Assembly: GCA_951406725.2 (NCBI GenBank)
Contig: OX597824.1
Location: forward strand, 59,520,001-59,584,000
Source: Octopus vulgaris
Taxonomy: Eukaryota
Reading direction: 5' to 3'
Length of the DNA stretch: 64,000 nt
Below are positions 53,974-64,000 of this stretch, in pieces. The notes beneath the pieces are model-generated. The model was not told the DNA's origin and ran no database searches. It saw only the letters and a program-made list of their open reading frames with translations. How positions within the stretch are numbered: position 1 is the first letter of the stretch; every line of letters starts with the position of its first letter. The translations under genes and the position numbers were made by a program.

Positions 53974-54270
53974 GTAAGAATGTTAATATTTTAGATCTTA
54001 TTTCCCCTACACCTCTCTTCCTTTCTGTCTCACTAACACATTCGCTTTCAGACATATCTTTCAACGGTTAAAATTATATACGATATTGAAAGAGAAATAT
54101 TTTTGCTGTCTAGCGACCAGTCAACCCGGATCGAGTATTTCTATGGCTTTTTGGTTATGAAGTTTCTTTTGTTACCATGGATACCGGGTTCGATGCAACT
54201 ACACACTGGTCTGGTGAATTGTTTCGGCTTGGCCAATAATTGAGTAGAAGTGGGTTTGCTCTAACAAACC

Positions 54271-54303
<33 letters not shown>

Positions 54304-54319
54304 ATAACCCCATATATAG

Positions 54320-54725
54320 ACATGACAGAAGTAAATAGACAATCGTTTAAATTATTTAAATCTGAAATTATAATTTCAAATCATTTATTAATTATTCATT
54401 ACTATAATGTGAATATCCAATATTTAGTAGACATGCCCCTTGCATTTTTCAATGCAAGGACCCTATTAGGCATGCTACTGAGCAGATGACGAATATTTTC
54501 TTGAGGAATATCTTGCCAAGTTTCATGGAGTAATCTCAAAAGATCTCGCTTTGAGGATGTTTTCTTGTTCTTTTTATGAAGTGCTCTGTCCATTATGCCC
54601 TAGAGGTATCCAATTCATATCGCGTGACAGGCTTGGCCATGGAAGCATTTTAACGCCACTGTCTTCAAACCAATATTGGGTCTTTTTAACCGTGTGACAA
54701 GGAGCCCTACCTTCTACAAATAGTC
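54320..54725 (-). mobile_element. Tc1-type transposon 3' end relic
   Basis: APCHT...WPSLSRDMN.I, WQDIPQENIRHLLSSMPNRV..L..ARG..TKY. Confidence 0.85.
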
Positions 54726-54790
54726 TTTTGTAATCATTTAACTCTAGAGAAGATTGGAAGGAGTCCTTTCTACACATATTTATCTGAGTT

Positions 54791-54890
54791 NNNNNNNNNN
54801 NNNNNNNNNNNNNNNNNNNNNNNNNNNNNNNNNNNNNNNNNNNNNNNNNNNNNNNNNNNNNNNNNNNNNNNNNNNNNNNNNNNNNNNNNN
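54791..54890. other. Assembly gap (100 N)
   Basis: Direct reading. Confidence 1.
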
Positions 54891-55109
54891 TAATAATATG
54901 CTCCCTGTCCCTGATTCTGTGAGTATTTTGAATTTCCCTCAAAATAAGTCGAGGAACTTACATATCTACAACTTTGAACATATAAACGAACACCTCAAAG
55001 AATTTAGTCTTTAATATTTCCAATTTTGTGTGAACATTTTGTCTTTTCTTCCCTGACTAACAGAATATATAAACATGCCTTTTATTGTAACAACACAATT
55101 AAATGAACG

Positions 55110-55840
55110 ATAAAAAATTAAGGGAATAAGCATGGTTTAATAATATTACAGAGAAAGATCGATATAAATTTATTCAAATAGATATAGATAATTATTATTA
55201 TTCTATTAATGAAATTGTGTTTAATAAGGCCCTTATATTTGCAACGAGTAAAGTGGGAATGACTTTTGAATAGGTTATTGTAATTAAAATGGCTAGGAAA
55301 CCGTTTATTAGATACAAAAATAAATTATGGGCTAGGAAGGATACTAGGGACTATTTTGATATACCTTTGGGGCACCTGATTCTGCACAAGCTACGGATTT
55401 GGTAGGTATTTATCTATTATCTGAACTTCAATTAAAAAATTTAAAAATAGAGGGTGGTTTATATAGGAATGAACTTTTATTAATTACTAAGAATTGCACT
55501 GATAGAAACCTAGAATTATATAAGAAAAAACTTTATAGTTTCTTTAAAAGATATGGTTTAAGAATTACTATATATAATGAGAATTTTAATGTTAGTTATT
55601 TAGATGTTAATTTTGATCTAATTACGGCTAAAACACAACCATATCAAAAACTTAATGAAAACCTTAGATATATAAATGTTAATAGTAATCACCCACCATC
55701 AATTTAAAAAATCGTTGATTAATAATATAAGTAAACGTATATCATTACTTTTTTATGATTTAGAGATTTTTAATAAACATGACCCTTATTACAATGAGGC
55801 CCTAAGAGAGGCAGGTTATAATAGCAATATTAATTTTTTT
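55110..55840 (+). mobile_element. AT-rich Penelope-like RT relic, Naiad-type
   Basis: FIQIDIDNYY.SI, FDIPLG.PDSAQATDLVGIYLL, GLYRNE (YRDD equivalent), YLDVNFDL, YINVNSNHPPSI and ALREAGY motifs. Confidence 0.75.
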
Positions 55841-56562
55841 AATTAAAATTAAAGATAAAAATATTAGTAATAATTATAATAATTATGTTAGTAATATTAG
55901 TAGTAATTTTAGTAATTATGAAAATAAAAATAAAAATAAGAATAAAATTAAAAATAAGACAAATTTTAATATTAATACATTAAAAGTTAATTATAATTAT
56001 AATTATAAATTTAAATTTAATAATATTATAAAGAAATATAATAATAGTAATGGTAATAATAGTGATAATGATAATAATAATTTTTGTAATAATAATATAT
56101 ATATAATTTTAGATCTTAATTCTTATATTTATATACATTTTTATATATATTCATTGATAATTTAGTTATTATTCAAATATTATATAATTATTTGATTTGA
56201 AATTAAATTTAATAATATGAATAGTGATTTTTTTTTGTTAAATATTTAGGTAAATTAGATATTGACTATAAATGTGATTAGATTATTTGTGGGTTTATTA
56301 TGTTTTTTTAAAAGCCATATTATATCTGAATAGATATAATTTTAAATTTTTAACTTTAAATTTAAATAATTTAAATTTTGAATTTTATATTTTATATATT
56401 TTGTATTTTATATTAATTAATTTTATTTCTATGTTTTGGTTTATGTTTTTCACTGTTTGATTTGCCTAATAGTGGTTTTATCTCTAATTTAATTTATATT
56501 TATACTGTAAAATTAGATTTAATCCTAAATCTAATTTTTCTCTGTAAGTTTAGATTTGCTCT

Positions 56563-56736
<174 letters not shown>

Positions 56737-57380
56737 TGCACAACTGCAAAACCTGTAAACCACAGCAAAACTATTAAAAAGAAAAGAAAAATTCCAAAAG
56801 AAAAAAAGTCAGAAATTTAAAAATCCCACAAGGTGAACATATCTACCTCCTATTATTCCCAAAGATTGGAATATCTACAATTTCCTGTGAATATTTTAAA
56901 TCTCCCTCAAAATATAATAAGTTAGGAAACTTACATACCCACAACATTCGAACATACACACAATCAGCTTTAAAAAATCAACCTTTAATATCTACAACTA
57001 CTGTGTGAATACTTATCCTTTCCTCTCTTCCTGAGTATCCGAAAATGTAAACATCATGCTCCATTTTATTCTAAGAACACTACCATTTCTCATTGTGCGG
57101 TCATGCAAAAGATCATATTTAGTAAATCTTAAAACTTTACTATCTACAACTTGTTTTCTTTTCTTTTTGACTTTCAATGAACATGTGAAAATGTAAACAT
57201 CTTTTTCATTGCAAATGTCTTACTCTATTCTCCAACTGGACAGACAAACGAACATCTCAAGAAAACTTTAAAACTTTAATATATTACCCAAATACGTAAA
57301 TACACCTTTTATTGCAACAACACAATTTAATTCAGAAATTCAAAAGTTCAACGACGTGAATATCAGTATATATGTGTGTG

Positions 57381-57456
<76 letters not shown>

Positions 57457-57999
57457 TGTATTATTGTTTTTTCTACCAGCAATTACAAATAAACAGGTTG
57501 AATTGCTAGTGGTAGTAGGCCAATGGTTGTAGTAAGGTCACTGGTAGTAGTAAACACATTTCACCTCAGCTAACTCAAAGGGTGCGAAGATTCCTTTGTC
57601 TCTATGGCTGACCTCCCCACCGTCTGCCGAATTTATTTATACACCTGTAGGATATGATCTATTCACCAAACTGCTACCTAACTATCTCCTCCAACAATGG
57701 TAGTGGTGGTGATGGTGGTAATGACAAAAATAGAAATAATGATAATATGTAGCAGCTGCTAATACTACTAACACTACAATAATACTACAACTACTACTAT
57801 TATGATAGCACAGAAATATAAGGCCCAACTAGCACCCTTACCAGTACCAAGGTCCCTGCTACTGTTGCTGCAACCAATGCTACAACTACACATAGAATCA
57901 ATAATATCAGTGATGATAATAATAATGAAAGGAAACGGGTGGAGCCTCCTCCTCCTCCTCCTCCTCCTCCTTATGGGCTGATTAATGATACATCTAGTG

Positions 58000-60900
58000 T
58001 TGGTGTCAATAAAAACACTGGTAATTACGCAACCTGACAATCGCTACCTCATATGAGGAACAATGAAAAAACAAAATATTTTGAATAACGGTGGTAATGA
58101 AACTGAAGCCAATGATGGTGACAGTGTTACACCCGGTAGGTTCAGAGATTCTGGTCCGGCTCCAGCCTGTCGATATCCAGAAAGGGACCACCACACACGG
58201 CGTAGATGGAGCAAGCAAATTAATGCTGTGGTGATGGAGTGTTACTACCTGAGCAGCGCGGTAGATGAAAATGGTGTTCAGATTAGGGGTTACCGACAGC
58301 GTATGTATGATCATTGGAGAGAAAAGGGATTATTTCAACTCACAGAACAGAGACTGTGAGATCAAGTTAGAGCAAGAAGAAAAAAATATTGGTTCACAGA
58401 AGTAGAGCTCGATTCTATCAAAAGACGGATCATGAAAAATAGCAGCAGAGATAACAATGAAAATACAGTTCTTACTAATAAAAGTAATCCCATTGCACAG
58501 GAAAGGAGCAGTGGTAGTTTACTTGATGTGAGTCATATAGATGATCTAAAAGAAGACAAAAAAAGTAATAGCGACATGACAGATGAATAAAAGGCAATCT
58601 ACGACAGAATAAAGGTAAGACTACAGGAGAACGATTGCGACGTTATTTGCAACCTTAAAAAGGTTGATCGATGGAAATTGAACCAAGAAACGAAAAATGT
58701 CAATGAAGTTCTGAAATACATCAGAACAAACAACATTACAGAAACAAATAATTTGATCAAGGCAGCGAGTATTGTTGTAGCAGAAAACGTGGGTGTTGAT
58801 GTCAAGAAAAAGAGACATAATGGGAGTGACAAAAAAAAAAAGATGCATGTTAGAAAAGAAGAATGCAGGCAGGGTTAGACATGCTGTCGAAGGAAATCTC
58901 AGTGTTAGACCGAAAAAAGAAAGGGGAGCTTAAAAGCGAACAAAAATACAGGGCACTGGAAAGGAAGTATAATATTGAAAGAATGGACCTGAAAGTTGTA
59001 AAGGAGGAACTGAAACAGCGCTTCGTTGCAAAGAGAGCAAAGATGGTTAGATATGACCAAAGAATGAAGGGTTACCACCAGAATAGGTTATTCAGAGCAG
59101 GTCAGAAGAGATTCTATAAAGAAATAAATGGAGAGCGTACAGATGAAAGTTGATACCAGATAACATTGAAAGTCAAAGGTTTTGGAGTGACATCTGGAGC
59201 AAAGACAAGGAGCACAAGAGGGATGCTGAATGGTTGCAAGAACTGAAACAAACAGTAGTCTGTCCAAAACAGGCAGATCTAGTCATTTCAGTTAGGGAAG
59301 TGAAGGAAATAAGCAAAAAAAATGAGCAACTAGAAGACCCCGAGACCAAATGGAGTTCAAGGCTACTGGATCAAAAGATTTGGTGAATGTCATGCACGAA
59401 TAGCTGCGCGAATCAACACCTTGTTAAATGCCGACCAAGTAACATCAGAGTGGTTAGAATTGGGTAGGACAGACCTGTGCCAGAAAAACATATTGAAAAA
59501 GGTAATACAGTAGACAATTACAGGCCGATATTCTGTTTGCCACTTATGTGGAAGTTATTGACTGGAATACTGGCAGAGTAAATGTACGAATATCTGGAAA
59601 AAAATGGAGTCCTGCCACATGAGCAGAAGGATTGCAAGCGTAAGTGCAGAGGTACCAAGGATCAACTCCTGATAGACAAAACTGTACTTAGATGCTACAA
59701 GAGGAGGAAAAGTAACTTGCGTGTCATGGATCGACTATCGTAAAGCGTATATGATCTCATATTCTTGGATTGTGGAGTTTATGAACCTATTTGGTATTGC
59801 ATCGAATGTTGAGCGATCGCTTGGTAAAAGTATGGCGATTGGAGGACGGACCTGGAGGACGGAAGAAGTTTAGGGACAGTAGAAATTAAGAATGGCATCT
59901 TCCAAGGGGATTCCCTGTCCCCACTGTTCTTTGTACTGTGCTTGATATTACTAACACTGATTCTGATAAAAGCAAAAGCTGGGTATGTATTCAAAAGCCA
60001 CCGACGAAAAGTCAACCATTTGTTATTCATAGATGACCTCAAACTTTATGTTGATACGGTGTATACCTTCAGAGCTGATATCAAAATGGAGTTCGGACTG
60101 AGAAAGTGTGGTGTTTTAGTCTTGAAGAGAGGCAAAATAAAATGTATGGACGGGCTAACGATACCGTCGGGGTTGGTTATGAAACAGATAGAAGAGACGG
60201 GCTATAAGTACTTGGAGATTTTGGAGATGGATAAATTGATGGAGAAAAAATGACAGAAAAATTTAAGGTGGAGTACTTGCGCAGACTGAGACTGATCCTT
60301 AAGTCGAAATTAAACAGACGGAATAAGATCGAAGCTATCAACACCTGGGTGGTTTCACTCCTTAGATATGGAGCAGGAGTAATCGTATGGACAGCAGACG
60401 AACTAAACAGCTTAGGCAGAAAGACAATGAAGTTGCTATCTAGATATGGGTCACTCTACCCAAAAAGTGGCACTGACAAAATGTATGTACAAAGAAAAAG
60501 AGGAGGAAGATGACTTATTGGAAGCGAACACAGCATTAGAGCAGAAGAAAACAACATAGAATGGTATGTAAAAATTCCACAGAACCGTTATTATTAGAAG
60601 TAAGGTCAGGTTTTTGTAGGATGAAAGATTGCAAAGTTAAAGCACTATACAAGAAATTGAAAACGAATGAAACTGAAAATAGGTGGGTAAAGAAAATAAT
60701 GCATGGTCAATTTCGTAGGGATGTTGAAGATAAGACAGACAGAGAAAAAAGATGTCTGTGGATGACTAAAAGTGATTTCAAACAGGAAAGGGAGGCTCTA
60801 ATCTGTGCTGCCCAAGAGCAAGAACTAAGAACAAACTACATAAAATACAGAATAGACAACACAGTAGAAAGTGATAAGGGCAGAATCTGTGTCAAAACGG

Positions 60901-61500
60901 TGAAACCGTATGGCACTAACCCAGAAGGAATATAAGAGACGCCACGACAACATAGCAAGGCTTGTCCTTTGGACACTTTGCAACAAGTATGGACTTGACA
61001 GACCAAAAATTGGAACGATCACAAACCTGAAGGCATCGCCGAAAATAGACATGCAATGATCCTATAGGATTTTATGATTCATTGCAAACATGAGATAGAG
61101 AATAGGAAGGCGGACATAGTCTTAATTGAGAGAGAAAACAAACTATGCTGGATCATAAATATAGCATAACCTGCTGACAACAAGGTATGGGATAAGGAAG
61201 AAAGAGAAGTCGAGAGATATGACAGGTAGTTAAGCAGCTGTGGTCGATGAAAAAGGTAGCAGTAGTACAAATAATTGTCGGAGCTCTGGGAACAGTGAAT
61301 AAAAAAATCTTGAGAAGTACGTGGAACAAATAGGGGATGCAATAAGGGTGGAGCACTTGCAGGAAACAGCACTGCTTGAAACCGCTCGAATACTCCGTAA
61401 GGTGCTCGAAAAATAAGAGGTGTTACCTTAGTTCACTGGTAGTGAACAGATGAAACTATAGTATATCTCCAGCGTTAGAAGCTGAGCAAAGGTAATAAAA
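58000..61500 (+). mobile_element. Near full-length decayed Dong/R4-like RLE LINE
   Basis: N-terminal RRRWSKQINAVVMECYY..RGYRQRM..TEQRL, QNRLF, GIFQGDSLSPL, HLLFIDDLKL, AAQEQ, RHD, RKADIV and IIVGALG motifs. Confidence 0.9.
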
Positions 61501-61584
61501 ATAATTATAATGATGATGGTGATGATGATGATGATTTCAAATTTTTGCTCAAGGCCAGCAACTTCGGGGCGGGGCGGCAAGTCG

Positions 61585-63038
<1,454 letters not shown>

Positions 63039-64000
63039 ACCGAGCCGCTTTTGTTCCCTCTTGTCTCAGAGCATGTCCTTGACTCAGACTATGCAACTTT
63101 CTTGCTTGGCGTTGAAGTGTCAACACGTCATTTGCAATATCTTTCCTAAGCGCCTCTTCTAACTTTTACGCTAAATCATCCTCCAATCTATTTCTTTCTA
63201 CGGCTAAAACTTTGCTAAATCTGACTGATTCTACTTTGATGGACCCTTTTTGGTCTACACTACTAGTTATTGTTGATGATTGTCCCTGTCAAAGCTTTCT
63301 GAACTAACTCTTTAATCCTATCTCTGTAAGCTTGGCACGCTGAGATTGACGCGTTCAGCTTCCAGTAGCCGTGGCCCTGTCTACGTATGCTATCTAAGTC
63401 GACCTTACAGGTTACTCATTTGTGATCTGTGTAGCCGACGATTTGAAATTGTTGACATCTAATACTCTCCCTGTCTAAAGACCTGCAAAATTCTCTGCGG
63501 TTTTCCCATGTCCACATTGACACACTCGGGAAATCCAGTCGGACAGTTGAAACTGTCTGAGCAGGTTTGCGAGGCTTTTGCAATCCCCTTTCCTATCTGT
63601 TTGAATCACACAGTCCAATTGTGCATCTAAGATGGCATTGAAATCAACCATTAACACTAAAGGTAGCGACGAACCCAGGAAGACCCTCCAGACGCCTGAA
63701 GCATTCCGGCTATCCTGCACCTGTCAGTGCGTAAACAGCCAGCAGCCTGAAGGCCCCATCGTCACTCCCTTTCACGTCCAGGACCATCGGCTTCCCTTCT
63801 GGGTCCAATAAGACTTACGTTATTTCAACATCCAGACCTTTCTGAAACAATACCTCAGTACCCCCACCACTCATTCTCCACCGACACGGAGATGCATATA
63901 TCTTGTAGTCATCGAAAATGGGCACGAAAGCTCGCGGTTCGGTTAGTCTGGATCCAGTAATGACTATTACATCTATTCCTCGTGGCCTCAGGTCTTTCAA
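63039..64000 (-). mobile_element. Decayed Tx1/L1-like LINE, AP endonuclease region (runs off the window)
   Basis: IDVIVI, GGGTEVLF, FRLLAVYA, LVLMVDFNAILD, YTDH and GYWKLNAS motifs. Confidence 0.8.

Noticed and set aside
55110-55840. Possible selenocysteine read-through as described for some Naiads
   Set aside because: The stops I can read are TAA/TAG plus frameshifts, the catalytic DD is lost, and I recognised no SECIS.

Overview
AT-rich, microsatellite-laden eukaryotic genomic DNA. The SINE, LINE and microsatellite content strongly resembles an octopus/cephalopod genome (inference). Most of the window is a graveyard of mobile elements: (i) many RLE-endonuclease non-LTR retrotransposons of the Dong/R4 type sitting in (AAT)n arrays; (ii) an RTE LINE; (iii) a young Tx1-like L1-clade LINE in (GATA)n; (iv) two Penelope-like elements and a Naiad-like RT relic; (v) an AcademX-like DNA transposon relic, Tc1/mariner and Tigger relics, fold-back MITEs and about a dozen tRNA-derived SINEs. 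The only host gene I can support is two exons of an SLC22 (organic cation transporter-like) gene at 52966-53973 (+). The most unusual signals are at RNA level. There are about seven minimal hammerhead-ribozyme motifs, one with an intact core at the apex of a ~405-nt rod-like fold-back element (12509-12914). A duplicated, covarying stem-loop motif lies in a LINE 5' UTR. Three (AAT)n-associated retroelements tandemly reiterate their own 5'-junction sequence, and one LINE carries a templated copy of its neighbour. Most ORFs in the supplied track are microsatellite or antisense artefacts. All calls are by eye; element boundaries are approximate.
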